In this document: positions 50,057 through 60,713 of the stretch, one piece after another
How the letters are laid out: each line of letters begins with the position of its first letter
Numbering within the stretch: the stretch's first letter is position 1
Assembly: GCA_044870765.1 (NCBI GenBank)
Contig: JBIOZG010000002.1
Span: 1-64,000, forward strand
Direction: 5' to 3'
DNA from: Nitrososphaeraceae archaeon
Lineage (GTDB): Archaea > Thermoproteota > Nitrososphaeria > Nitrososphaerales > Nitrososphaeraceae
Length of the DNA: 64,000 nt
Notes under the pieces: model-generated
What the model was told of the DNA's origin: nothing
Databases searched by the model: none
Seen by the model: the letters and a program-made list of their open reading frames with translations, nothing else
Translations under genes and position numbers: made by a program

Positions 50057-50329
50057 ATGACAAATACCATATTTAGACTCCAATCCCACAAGTTCAGTGC
50101 TGACAATATCCAAACTACTCTTGTGTGTTCAAAATGTGATGAGGTCTTTTCAAAGGAATTTCCTTTGGACCTTGAGGGGCAAACGATTGAGTTTAAATGT
50201 CCTGTATGTAATTCTGCTGGAGAAGCTGATCTTCCGTACAAAAGTGCTGAAGAAAGAGAGGAACTTGAAGAAGATATTGATGAAGTCGAAGAGGAAGATG
50301 GTGGAGAAGAGTTTGAAGATGACTACTGA
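50057..50329 (+). CDS. Small zinc-finger protein with acidic tail
   Basis: CSKC..CPVC then E/D-rich C-terminus. Confidence 0.7.
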   Translation: MTNTIFRLQSHKFSADNIQTTLVCSKCDEVFSKEFPLDLEGQTIEFKCPVCNSAGEADLPYKSAEEREELEEDIDEVEEEDGGEEFEDDY

Positions 50330-50410
50330 GATAGAACACTAGTAGTAATTTTAAAGTCAATCCGAACTGCATATAAATCAATTATTTAGAAAATAGACTA
50401 GTAAGTCATG

Positions 50411-51403
50411 CTACTGTTTAGTTCCTAGCTTTGACAACTGGGCCAAAAACGCCGTCAACTGTATATCAGAGTGCGATCCATGAGTCAAACGATAATCGTA
50501 TTCGGCTATTAAGGAAGCAAAGTCTTCAGGATGCGATAACTTTAACGAATAGACAGCTTCATATGCATATTTTAGAAAATCAAACTCAGACATTCCATAT
50601 ACTGCAGTTAATTCTAGTAACTTGATCCTGGCTTCATTAAACTTTCCTGACAGCGCCAGTTTAACTACGTCACTTACCTGTGACTTTCCAGAAAGACCTA
50701 ATGATGCAAGTACATTTGAGATAGTAATTGATCCCATTACGGATGCAGTTTGGAGTATGTTTATTGAATGACGTAGATCGCCATTCGTGGAATCAAAAAT
50801 TTGGGAAATTGCTTTATCATCATGCTTTACTCCCTCTTTTTTGCACAACAATTTTAGATGATTTTCTATTATCTCCTTTTCAATTCTCTTAAATCTAAAA
50901 ATTGCACAACGACTTTGAATGGGTTCAATAATTTGAGATAAATAATTACATATTATGATAAACCTAGTAGTTTCTGAACTGTCTTCAATTATCCTTCGCA
51001 AGGCGGTCTGAGCTTCAGATGTCATCTCATCAGCCTCGTCCAGAATTATTAGTCTAAATTTTCTTTCATCTTTGTCACTTGTCCTGATCTTCAAAACTGA
51101 TGCAAATTCTTTAACTCTCTCTCGAACCATCTTTATTCCCCTTTCATCTGATGCATTAAGCTCTAGGGTGTCTCTCCTCCAATCTTCACCAAGTAGCTGC
51201 CTTGACAGACACAATGCAGTAGTAGTTTTTCCAACTCCCGCAGGTCCCGTAAATAACAAGTGTGGCATTTCAGCAGGTTCTTTCATTAGATTCTTCAAAC
51301 TCTCCACGATTTCTTTTTGATTGACAACATCATCTAGTTTAGTAGGTCTGTATTTTTCTACCCACATTAAATCAGACAAATTTTTTGCCTCTACTTGCGG
51401 CAT
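50411..51403 (-). CDS. rfcS: Replication factor C small subunit
   Basis: WVEKYRP, GPAGVGKT, ELNASDERG, LDEAD, IQSRC. Confidence 0.97.
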   Translation of the reverse strand: MPQVEAKNLSDLMWVEKYRPTKLDDVVNQKEIVESLKNLMKEPAEMPHLLFTGPAGVGKTTTALCLSRQLLGEDWRRDTLELNASDERGIKMVRERVKEFASVLKIRTSDKDERKFRLIILDEADEMTSEAQTALRRIIEDSSETTRFIIICNYLSQIIEPIQSRCAIFRFKRIEKEIIENHLKLLCKKEGVKHDDKAISQIFDSTNGDLRHSINILQTASVMGSITISNVLASLGLSGKSQVSDVVKLALSGKFNEARIKLLELTAVYGMSEFDFLKYAYEAVYSLKLSHPEDFASLIAEYDYRLTHGSHSDIQLTAFLAQLSKLGTKQ

Positions 51404-51488
51404 AAAAGATGTTCTGATTATCAGTTATATATTCAGTCCTGTAAAGATCCAACTTAATAATATCTTGTTCTAAAACTATATTCCCAAT

Positions 51489-52025
51489 ATGTCATCAAAC
51501 AGTTCTTTTGCTCAGGGCGCATTTCAAAGCTTAAAAAACACATACTTGTTACAGTATCTTCTTGAAGAGATTAGGGTTACTTTCAAGTCTGACGTAAAAG
51601 TATCTATTAACGATATCAATATCAATGCAAAAGAAGGTGATATCTTGCTATTGCCAAGATGGCTTGCCAAAAATTTATCCAGAAAAAAATTAATTGATGT
51701 TCAAGACAATGAAACATCAAGTTATGTCTCTAAGGCGTTGAATAGAGAACGAATATCAAAACCTCATGACATATCTGGTGTAGATGTAGACTTTTACATT
51801 AGGGTCAACGATTATCTCGAAAGTCTTAATGAAAAAGAAAAAGAAACACTTTCGGTATCACTTAATTCATTTGTAATGTCTAGATTGGAAAAGATTGTGA
51901 AGCTAGCTGCTGCATCATCACTTTCTGCAGAAATGGAAACAAAATTATCAGCAGAAGAAAGGCAGCTATATAATTTCGTTCACAGTTCGTCAATGGCTTT
52001 TAAGGAATGGGTGTTAAACAGGTAA
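51489..52025 (+). CDS. GINS complex subunit Gins23
   Basis: B-domain LPRWLA then A-domain DFY...RLEKIV...LSAEE; immediately upstream of mcm. Confidence 0.85.
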   Translation: MSSNSSFAQGAFQSLKNTYLLQYLLEEIRVTFKSDVKVSINDININAKEGDILLLPRWLAKNLSRKKLIDVQDNETSSYVSKALNRERISKPHDISGVDVDFYIRVNDYLESLNEKEKETLSVSLNSFVMSRLEKIVKLAAASSLSAEMETKLSAEERQLYNFVHSSSMAFKEWVLNR

Positions 52026-54101
52026 ATGACTGAACAAAAACAACAGACTACGTCTGCAATTTCCGATGAATTAGAATCATTTCTACGTGCCTTTAAAGAC
52101 AGGGATGGACATTACAAGTATTTTAATAGAATAAACGACATGATGGCTTCAAATTCCACTCATGTCGTAGTTGATTATATCGATTTAGATACAAATAAAC
52201 CAGACCTTACAAAATTGATTACCGATACACCTGATGAAATGTTCGACGCATTTAACAAAGCTGTATATTCAATATTAAGAGAAATTCATTATGATTATGC
52301 TCAAGAAATTAAAGACAAAATTAAAGTAAGAATTGGAAATTATTCAGTTCAAAAGGGACTTAGAGAGATAAATGCTGAAGTGATCAACAAGTTGATAAGC
52401 GTACCCGGCATGGTGGTCAGAACTTCTGAAATAAAACCACTTGCTAAAAAAATAGCGTACGCATGTCTTAATTGTAACACATTGAATGAGGCTCTGCTTA
52501 AGGGTCTAACACTAAAGAAACCTATGAGATGCACACAGTGCTCTGAAAAAGAACTTGAAATGGATCCAGAAAATAGTTATTTTACAGATTTTCAGCTTGT
52601 AAGACTTCAAGAACTCCCAGAAGATTTACCAGCAGGTCAGCTTCCGCACTATGTAGAAGTCACCGTTATGGATGATCTTGTAGATCGTTGCAGACCTGGA
52701 GATAGAGTCTTACTGACTGGAATAGTCAGGATCGAACAAGAACAAACATTACAGATAAGGACAAGTTTGTTCAGACTGCGCATGGAAGGTAACAATATAG
52801 AATATCTTGGTGGGCTCGCCGGAAATAAAGATGGAAGAACAGTTGATAGAATAGCCATAAGCAGCGAGGATGAAAAACAGATATTATCTATTGCTGGTAT
52901 GCCCGATGCTTATGACAAACTGATTGCATCATTTGCTCCTCATATTTACGGACATGAAGTAATAAAAGAATCTATCCTTTTACTAATCGTAGGATCGGTA
53001 ACAAAAAAATTAGCAGACGGTTCAAATCGTAGAGGAGACATCAATATTTTCCTCGTTGGAGACCCAGGAACTGCCAAATCCGAAATGCTAAAATTTGCTG
53101 CAAAAATAGCACCAAGAGGCCTGTATACATCAGGCAGAGGTACTACTGCTGCAGGTTTGACAGCAGCGGTTATTCGTGATAAATCTGGAATTATGATGTT
53201 AGAGGCGGGCGCTGTAGTTTTGGGGGATCAAGGCCTAGTTTGTATCGATGAGTTTGACAAGATTAAATCTGAAGATAGGTCCGCACTACACGAAGTTATG
53301 GAGCAGCAAACATGTTCTGTGGCAAAAGGAGGAATAGTTGCTACACTTAATGCAAGAACATCGATCTTATCTGCAGCTAATCCTAAATATGGTAAATATG
53401 ATCCGTTTAGAAATATTACCGAAAACGTAGAACCACTTCCTATACCATTACTAACGAGATTTGATATCATTCACGTTATCAGAGATAATGCTGATTCTGA
53501 AAAAGATAATCGAATTGCGAGTCACATACTTGAAATCCACAGAGATATAGAACATGCAGCTCAGTCGGCAATTGAAATAGATCTATTTCGTAAATATCTA
53601 GCATATGCCAAACAAATTGAGCCAAAACTGACAACAGAGGCAATCGATATTCTAAGAGAATATTACTTGCAGATGAGAAATGTTGACTCTGAGGGAATGA
53701 TTACTGCAACACCTCGGCAGCTTGAAGGTCTCGTCCGTCTTGCTACTGCTAGAGCTAGATTGTTATTGAAAGACTCTGTGGATAGTGAAGATGCTGACAG
53801 AGCGATATACCTTGTTTCACAAATGCTAGAAACTGTCGGCATAGATGTTAATACTGGAAAGGTGGATCTTGGAGTACTTCATGGAAAACCCCTTAGTGAA
53901 ACTTCAAAACTTAAAACATTCACAGATGTCTTTAACGGATTATCCGGAGAAGACAAGAATGATGTTGAAGAAAAGAATTTCATTAATGAACTTGTGAAAA
54001 GTGGAAAGTTCACAGAAGATGAAGCTAAAGAATTCATAAGAAAGGCAATGCAAAATGGACAAATTTATGAAAGAAGAGCCGGGTTTTACGCAAAAGCATA
54101 G
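52026..54101 (+). CDS. mcm: MCM replicative helicase
   Basis: Zn finger, LQELPE, GDPGTAKS, IDEFDK, AANP, TRFD, TPRQLE; no intein. Confidence 0.98.
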   Translation: MTEQKQQTTSAISDELESFLRAFKDRDGHYKYFNRINDMMASNSTHVVVDYIDLDTNKPDLTKLITDTPDEMFDAFNKAVYSILREIHYDYAQEIKDKIKVRIGNYSVQKGLREINAEVINKLISVPGMVVRTSEIKPLAKKIAYACLNCNTLNEALLKGLTLKKPMRCTQCSEKELEMDPENSYFTDFQLVRLQELPEDLPAGQLPHYVEVTVMDDLVDRCRPGDRVLLTGIVRIEQEQTLQIRTSLFRLRMEGNNIEYLGGLAGNKDGRTVDRIAISSEDEKQILSIAGMPDAYDKLIASFAPHIYGHEVIKESILLLIVGSVTKKLADGSNRRGDINIFLVGDPGTAKSEMLKFAAKIAPRGLYTSGRGTTAAGLTAAVIRDKSGIMMLEAGAVVLGDQGLVCIDEFDKIKSEDRSALHEVMEQQTCSVAKGGIVATLNARTSILSAANPKYGKYDPFRNITENVEPLPIPLLTRFDIIHVIRDNADSEKDNRIASHILEIHRDIEHAAQSAIEIDLFRKYLAYAKQIEPKLTTEAIDILREYYLQMRNVDSEGMITATPRQLEGLVRLATARARLLLKDSVDSEDADRAIYLVSQMLETVGIDVNTGKVDLGVLHGKPLSETSKLKTFTDVFNGLSGEDKNDVEEKNFINELVKSGKFTEDEAKEFIRKAMQNGQIYERRAGFYAKA

Positions 54102-54378
54102 TACAAACAATACAATTTATTTTTACCAGCAACCCGTGAATGCTAACCAGAGACATTCAAATGATATTCTACTTTACTAACAAGGCGACTAAGTCCCAGA
54201 GTTATACAAGATGACTTTATGATGGATTTGTTCTTTGCCTGCAAAGATTGTAGATACTACAAAGACAAAAAATTTGATTCACAAAATGCATCTTAAAATT
54301 ATTAAATCCTAATTCACTTTAACAGAACCTGAATATTATTAATATATTAATTGGTATGAGTAAAATCAATCATATCAG

Positions 54379-56541
54379 ATGAAAGAATACTTGGATGAAC
54401 TTTTAAAATCATTAAAATATGATTCATTATACCCGCCTCAAGAGCTTGCATTATCAAAGGGTGTAATGAATGGTAACAACGTACTTGTTACGACTCCTAC
54501 ATCAAGTGGAAAGACATTAATCGGATTAATGGGTATGATAAATATTCTTAATAAGGGAAAAAAGGTAGTATACCTTACTCCGTTAAAAGCATTAGCCACA
54601 GAGAAATTTAATGAGTTTAAGGTTATAACAGATTTGAGCTGTTTTAGAAATAGGAGAGTCAATATCGGTATTTCCACAGGCGATTATGACTCTTCTGGAA
54701 GCGAATTAGTAGACAAAGATGTTATTATTTTAACAAATGAAAAAATGGACTCAATATTGAGACACGACCCAAATTGGATTTATGATGTTGGTCTATTCAT
54801 TATTGATGAAATCCATCTTCTTACTGAACGAGAACGAGGTCCAACACTGGAAATCATACTGACAAAGATCAAATTGATGCCACAAAAACCCCAGATAATC
54901 GGAATAAGTGCAACAGTATCAAATTCAGATGAAGTGGCCGAGTGGTTGACATGCGAACCAATTCAAAGTAATTGGCGTCCCACTGAATTGATAGAAGGAG
55001 TGTATAATTATGGTAAAGTTACCATGAATGATGGTATGAATTATGATATTGAAAATATTGGAATTTCTGATAATTCAAATAGCGGCATAACCAGTCTCGC
55101 AATGGATTCGATAACTAAGGATGGAGGCCAATCACTTGTTTTTGCAGAGACACGTAAACGCACCGTGTCGCTTGCAAAAAAGACATCGGAAATAGTTGCA
55201 AAGTTTCTCGACAAAACTTCAATAAAGTTAGCTCAAAAGACAGGAGTGGAAATTTTAAAGGAAGGAGATGATACAGAGCTTAATAGAACACTTTCAAGTA
55301 CAGTTGCAAAAGGCGTTGGCTTTCATCATGCAGGTTTAGGAGCAAAGAGCAGGCAGATTGTTGAAAAAGCGTTCAGAAATGGCATTGTAAAAATTCTTTT
55401 TGCTACACCGACACTTGCTGCAGGAGTCAACCTACCTGCCAGACGAGTAATTATTACGAGTATTTTTAGATATGATTATCAATATGGGGGTAATGTTCCA
55501 ATGAGTGTTCTACAATACAAGCAAATATGCGGACGTGCAGGAAGGCCTGCTTATGACAAATATGGAGAAGCAATCATTATCGCAGATTCAAGAACCAATC
55601 CAGAAGACCTGTATAATCATTTTGTATTGGGAGTACCGGAACCAATAGTCTCTCAATTAATGGATGAAAGGGCCCTGAGGGTTCATGTATTGGGAGTTAT
55701 AGCTTCAAAACCTAAAATGTTGAAATCTGAATTACTCTACTTTTTTGAACAAACATTTCTGTCTAAATATCAAGGAAATCAAATCATTAGCTTTGAAATT
55801 GAATCGCTCTTGACTTATCTAAGTGATGAAAAGTTAATAATCATGCGAAATGATTTACTTATCGCTACTAAATTTGGTAAACGCATTTCCCTGCTATATA
55901 TTGATCCAAAAACAGGAATTCAATTCAAAAACAATTTAGATACGTATAGTGGTAACAAACATAATATCCATGATATCAATTCCAACAAACATGAAAATAA
56001 TGTAATAAATTTCTTGTATTGGATTTGTGATTGTTATGATTTTTATCCAAAGCTAACATTGAGGCAAAATGAAACGGAATACTTTCAAAGGCTATTCCAG
56101 AAACATAAGCTAGGTTCATACGGACTATCAAATATTGATTATACTCTAAAGAATTTAGTTATATTATTAGAATGGATTGATGAATCAAGCGAAGCGAATT
56201 TAAATGAAAAAATTGGAGTTGAGCCCGGTGATCTTCACAGGATGGTTGAAACAACATACTGGTTGTTATATTGCCTTTATGAAATCGCAAAATTAATCGA
56301 AAGAAAAGATCTTTTACCGGAAATAAATATACTACGGCTAAGGATTAGACACGGTGTAAAATCAGAATTGATTCCACTTATACAACTTGAGGGAATTGGA
56401 AGAATCAGGGCAAGGTCTCTATATAGGGCAGGAATCACAGATGTAGCTATGATTGAAAAAATCTCAGAATCAAAATTAGGGTCCATACCAAAAATAGGGG
56501 TTAAACTCGCAAGAAAACTAAAGAGCCAGATCAAGAATTAA
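54379..56541 (+). CDS. hel308: Ski2-like helicase Hel308
   Basis: PTSSGKT, DEIH, SAT, FHHAGL, TLAAGVNLPA, GRAGR, C-terminal HhH. Confidence 0.95.
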   Translation: MKEYLDELLKSLKYDSLYPPQELALSKGVMNGNNVLVTTPTSSGKTLIGLMGMINILNKGKKVVYLTPLKALATEKFNEFKVITDLSCFRNRRVNIGISTGDYDSSGSELVDKDVIILTNEKMDSILRHDPNWIYDVGLFIIDEIHLLTERERGPTLEIILTKIKLMPQKPQIIGISATVSNSDEVAEWLTCEPIQSNWRPTELIEGVYNYGKVTMNDGMNYDIENIGISDNSNSGITSLAMDSITKDGGQSLVFAETRKRTVSLAKKTSEIVAKFLDKTSIKLAQKTGVEILKEGDDTELNRTLSSTVAKGVGFHHAGLGAKSRQIVEKAFRNGIVKILFATPTLAAGVNLPARRVIITSIFRYDYQYGGNVPMSVLQYKQICGRAGRPAYDKYGEAIIIADSRTNPEDLYNHFVLGVPEPIVSQLMDERALRVHVLGVIASKPKMLKSELLYFFEQTFLSKYQGNQIISFEIESLLTYLSDEKLIIMRNDLLIATKFGKRISLLYIDPKTGIQFKNNLDTYSGNKHNIHDINSNKHENNVINFLYWICDCYDFYPKLTLRQNETEYFQRLFQKHKLGSYGLSNIDYTLKNLVILLEWIDESSEANLNEKIGVEPGDLHRMVETTYWLLYCLYEIAKLIERKDLLPEINILRLRIRHGVKSELIPLIQLEGIGRIRARSLYRAGITDVAMIEKISESKLGSIPKIGVKLARKLKSQIKN

Positions 56542-56622
56542 AAATGAGTATCAAAGGATATCTTTTATAATTACAATAGGTGATTTGATTTACTTCTAGA
56601 TATTGCTATTCATGGAATTATT

Positions 56623-57600
56623 GTGTCTACTATTTCCTTTCTAGTCGTATTTTTTATCACACCTATTTTTATTAAATATCTAAATAAGAAAGGCCAAGTA
56701 GTAGTGGATTACCATAAGCCTGGAAAGCCAAATGTTCCCAGGCCTGCTGGGCCGGTCTTGCTCATAGGAATTGTAATTTCTGAAATAATATTATATTTTT
56801 TAATACAGGACATAAAAATAATTTCTCTTATACTATCAACAATCATCGCATTTATTATAGGATATATTGATGACAGGAAGACCATGCCAGGTTGGTTTAA
56901 ACCTGTGGCCTTGATATTTGCTGCTGTTCCAATAATAGTTTTAGGAAGTCATGGTAGTTCTCTTGGATTAATATTTGATAGTGCTTTCATACCTATATTG
57001 TATATTCCACTTATTTTAGCCATAATGCCGATAGTTGGTAATACAATAAATTCAATTGACGTGCTTAATGGTGTGGCTAGTGGATTTATTATTATCACAA
57101 TGATGCCATTATTAGTGAGTGTTATTTTATTTGGTAATATTACTGTGTTTCTCATGGGTTTGCCATTATTATTTGGCACTATCGCAATATACCAATATCA
57201 TAAATATCCAAGTAGGATTTTTCTTGGAGACTCAGGAACTTTGTTATTAGGATCAATGTATGCTGGTTTATCAATCGTGGGAAATTCGGAAATTATTGGG
57301 GTAATTGCTCTTTTACCAGCAGTAATGAATTCATTCTTGTTTCTATCTAGTGTGAAAAAAATAGTAGAACACAGGCAGGTCAAAACTAGGCCTGTCTCAA
57401 TATCCGAGGACTTTAAATTAGTGGCATCTAAAGAACGCAGCGCACCAGCGACACTAGTGAGACTTATTCTTGCTAGAGGTCCATTGTCTGAAAAGGAAAT
57501 AATAACTAAAATCCTTATATTAGCAACGTTTTCATCCGTATTGGCGTTTATTTCAACTGTTATACAATATTTCTTCATAAAGGGGATAATTTCTATATGA
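56623..57600 (+). CDS. UDP-GlcNAc:dolichyl-phosphate GlcNAc-1-phosphotransferase (AglH/ALG7-like, MraY family)
   Basis: DYHKP, GYIDD, NSIDVLNG, IFLGDSG; polytopic membrane protein. Confidence 0.85.
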   Translation: MSTISFLVVFFITPIFIKYLNKKGQVVVDYHKPGKPNVPRPAGPVLLIGIVISEIILYFLIQDIKIISLILSTIIAFIIGYIDDRKTMPGWFKPVALIFAAVPIIVLGSHGSSLGLIFDSAFIPILYIPLILAIMPIVGNTINSIDVLNGVASGFIIITMMPLLVSVILFGNITVFLMGLPLLFGTIAIYQYHKYPSRIFLGDSGTLLLGSMYAGLSIVGNSEIIGVIALLPAVMNSFLFLSSVKKIVEHRQVKTRPVSISEDFKLVASKERSAPATLVRLILARGPLSEKEIITKILILATFSSVLAFISTVIQYFFIKGIISI

Positions 57601-57836
57601 GATTATTTGATCTTTTTATGCTTATTTTTATCATGTGGATAATGATCATGATAGTATCATATTTTTTGATATTCATAATAGGACCATTACATATTGACAT
57701 ATTCCACAATTCTTCAGATAGATTGATTACCTCTATAATTAAAGCATCATCAGCCATCGGACTCGTAGTTGTGTTAATTCTATTATTGGGCATTCTCAAG
57801 ACAAAGTACTTGCAAAAAATGTTACTGAAAAAGTAA
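57597..57836 (+). CDS. Small membrane protein
   Basis: Two TM helices; ATGA overlap with the upstream gene. Confidence 0.6.
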   Translation: MRLFDLFMLIFIMWIMIMIVSYFLIFIIGPLHIDIFHNSSDRLITSIIKASSAIGLVVVLILLLGILKTKYLQKMLLKK

Positions 57837-57945
57837 AACATGAAAACCAACATCCAATTATTTTGAAAGTTCAGTGAAGTGAAATACATGCGTAATAATA
57901 AAATCTAGAATTAGATTGCATTTAATATTTAATATAAAATGAAAC

Positions 57946-58980
57946 CTATATCTTTGAAAGATTAACCAAGTCTTTGAATTTTACCTCCATTCCATACCGC
58001 TTTTCCTCATGTTTCATGTGATTGTATATCTTGAGTAACTCAACGGCATTTTTAAAGAGATTAAATTTACCATTAATTTTCATTTGAATAAACTTGAATA
58101 CGAGAGCATAAATTTGGAACTTCTTTAATACTTCTGTTCTGTATGCGTTAAAATCGGTGACATGTTTGATGAATAATTGGGCACACCATGTTGATGGAAT
58201 AATTCCTTCACCAAGCAAAGGATACACGGTCCCTATTGATTCACCAACTCCAATCGTTTTCCGACCATCGGTAAAAGGTTCGGAATCTTTCGGGGGACTT
58301 ATTCTAACAGGACGACCGACTTTCTTTATTATTTCGCATTTATGTTTTTTTAAAAATTGGTCGACAAATGCGTTGTTATTTTTTCGTTCATAATCGCCAG
58401 CGCCAATGTGCGCATAGCCATTTTCTAATGGGAAATACCAAAAATAACCCTTCATTGAAGGAAAAGCCTTCAAATAGAAATCATCAAAAGGAGTGTTGTC
58501 TTGATATTTCACCTTGTACTGTATACATGGTATCCACATTTCGTTATGTGGACGTGGTAAATAGTTACGGTGAAAACCCGTAGAATCAACTATGATATCA
58601 AACTCAGATTCAAGAATCTCTTTCTTTGGAACAACTCCAAACTGGATGTTTGTACCTCTTGTCATATCCTTGATTAATTTTATTTTGTCATAAGTAACCA
58701 TCCCTTTCAATCCAACATTAATGCTGTTGTCGGCCTTACTACTTTGACCAATATCAACCATCATTTTTTTTCCCTCATGCAAAATGTAGTCATCAAAATT
58801 AAGACCGCATTGCTTAACCAAATCTTCCATAACGTTTTCACAAGTCGCCCAGGCACAAACTGCATCATGCTCTTCAACAGGCATTCTTTCAAATCCCTTA
58901 ACGTAATTATCGTGATCATTACCGAGTCCATTCATAAGATAAGCTCCTGCAACTCCCATGCCAACGACTGCTATCTTCAT
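57946..58980 (-). CDS. FAD-dependent oxidoreductase, geranylgeranyl reductase-like
   Basis: VVGMGVAG, DSTG, GYFWYFP, VGESIG.V.PLLGEGI. Confidence 0.85.
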   Translation of the reverse strand: MKIAVVGMGVAGAYLMNGLGNDHDNYVKGFERMPVEEHDAVCAWATCENVMEDLVKQCGLNFDDYILHEGKKMMVDIGQSSKADNSINVGLKGMVTYDKIKLIKDMTRGTNIQFGVVPKKEILESEFDIIVDSTGFHRNYLPRPHNEMWIPCIQYKVKYQDNTPFDDFYLKAFPSMKGYFWYFPLENGYAHIGAGDYERKNNNAFVDQFLKKHKCEIIKKVGRPVRISPPKDSEPFTDGRKTIGVGESIGTVYPLLGEGIIPSTWCAQLFIKHVTDFNAYRTEVLKKFQIYALVFKFIQMKINGKFNLFKNAVELLKIYNHMKHEEKRYGMEVKFKDLVNLSKI

Positions 58981-59111
58981 TTGGTAACGACAAATAACAT
59001 CTTGGTAAATAAAAACGTGCTGTTTTTTGCCCGCCTATTTTATTTTAATTATTTCCTGGGTTGGGTGATAAGTTATATTGGTAATTGAAATTAGAATTTG
59101 GCAAAGAGTAA

Positions 59112-59300
59112 ATGTCAAATATTCCAAAATATGCCAGGATTGGGATGCTTCTACTAGTCATGGGAGCTATACTCGTAGGAATTGGTACTTATCTCAGCAA
59201 AGGTTCTTTATCACTTTATGGATTTTTAATGGTTATCTGTGGATTTATCATATATTTTGCCTCTTCAATCGCAGCCAGAAGGAAAAAAACGCAAATATAA
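59112..59300 (+). CDS. Small membrane protein (2 TM)
   Basis: 62 aa, two hydrophobic helices, basic tail. Confidence 0.6.
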   Translation: MSNIPKYARIGMLLLVMGAILVGIGTYLSKGSLSLYGFLMVICGFIIYFASSIAARRKKTQI

Positions 59301-59429
59301 AGACACTTGACATGAGCTAAATTATACTCGATAATACGATTTAGATTTGTGCTGCGTTTGGAAAAAAGAAATGTTTTGATTTTTAATTAAACTTATAAAT
59401 TGTAACAAGTTATCGTATGCTGAAGCTAA

Positions 59430-60095
59430 TTGGAAGGTAGTACTAAACAGAATGAAGACAATTTTGATGATCTAGACACGGTCTTTGCAGAAAAGTCAGA
59501 AATCAAGAGTGAAACTACCTCCGATATTTCAGGGAATATGGATAAAGGAGCTGAAGTGCAAGCTGACGCTTCTGAATTAGACACAAACATGGAAAAATCA
59601 GAGGGCATTGAGACAAGCACTGAAAATTCTAAAATACAGCCTGATAGTCAAGAATCAGATTCAAAATTTTTTGCAATTAGGACGACAGGTGGTCAAGAGC
59701 ATATTGTGGTAAATCTAGCACAAAATAGAATAAATTCAAAGAAAATTCCTGTGCGTTCCATATTATTACTTGATAGCTTTAAGGGATATATAATAATCGA
59801 AGCTCCAAACTCCAATATTGCCTACGACGCTCTGATTGGGGTAAGACATGTAAAAGGACAGATCCGGGGAGAGTTACCTTACAAAGACATTGAAAATTAT
59901 TTGGTGAAGAGACCGGTAGTATCCGAATTGAATATTGATGATACCGTTGAAGTCATTGCTGGCCCGTTTAAATCGATGAAGGCAAAGATAACCAGAGTTG
60001 ACTATGAGAAGCAAGAGGCAACTGTGCTTCTACTGGATTCGCCATATCAAATACCCGTGACGGTAGACGCAAATTATCTTAAAAAAGCCTCATAG
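59430..60095 (+). CDS. spt5: Transcription elongation factor Spt5 with acidic N-terminal extension
   Basis: FAIRTTGGQE NGN domain, KGYIIIEA, KOW GPFKSMKAKI. Confidence 0.93.
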   Translation: MEGSTKQNEDNFDDLDTVFAEKSEIKSETTSDISGNMDKGAEVQADASELDTNMEKSEGIETSTENSKIQPDSQESDSKFFAIRTTGGQEHIVVNLAQNRINSKKIPVRSILLLDSFKGYIIIEAPNSNIAYDALIGVRHVKGQIRGELPYKDIENYLVKRPVVSELNIDDTVEVIAGPFKSMKAKITRVDYEKQEATVLLLDSPYQIPVTVDANYLKKAS

Positions 60096-60145
60096 ACTGG
60101 TGCATACTATTAAATTAAAGAACATAACTCTAAAACTAGTCTGAC

Positions 60146-60628
60146 ATGGAACAAAAAAAGACAATTTCTGCTCTTGTAAGTGGTGGTGAGGCTAGTGCTG
60201 GTCCTCCACTTGGACCAGCCTTAGGCCCGCTGGGTATTAACGTATTGCAAGTAGTAAATACGATAAATGAAAAAACTAATGAATTTCACGGAATGAAAGT
60301 TCCTGTAAAAGTTGAGGTCGATCCAGATACAAAAAAATTTAACGTTGAGGTCGGTGTCCCACCAACTACAGCACTAGTAGCAAAGGAAGCTAATATATCT
60401 AAAGGATCAGGTACAGCAGGAAAAGACTATGTTGGAAATATTACCATGGAAGGAATTGTAAAAATAGCTAAAATGAAAATTGATGTTTCTTATGCAACCA
60501 CAATAAAATCAAGCACGAAGGAAATTATAGGTTCTTGTGTGAGCAGTGGCATCAAAGTAGAAAATAAACCAGCAAAAGAAATATACTCTGATCTGAACGA
60601 CGGAAAATTTGACCAAATACTGGTCTAA
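60146..60628 (+). CDS. rpl11: 50S ribosomal protein L11
   Basis: GGEASAGPPLGPALGP, GVPPTTAL, GSC.S.GI. Confidence 0.96.
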   Translation: MEQKKTISALVSGGEASAGPPLGPALGPLGINVLQVVNTINEKTNEFHGMKVPVKVEVDPDTKKFNVEVGVPPTTALVAKEANISKGSGTAGKDYVGNITMEGIVKIAKMKIDVSYATTIKSSTKEIIGSCVSSGIKVENKPAKEIYSDLNDGKFDQILV

Positions 60629-60713
60629 ATTCATTATTACCTTTATTTGTAGCAAGTTTAAAATATCCCAAAACTGAATTTTAGATCAAGTTTTAGGAGA
60701 TATGATACAATAA

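Noticed and set aside
54102-54378. Gap between mcm and hel308 with a short CxxC-containing frame
   Set aside because: Only about 25 codons, a single CxxC and no convincing RNA structure
59112-59300. Small membrane gene upstream of spt5 as secE
   Set aside because: Two TM helices and no KP..EF-type SecE motif
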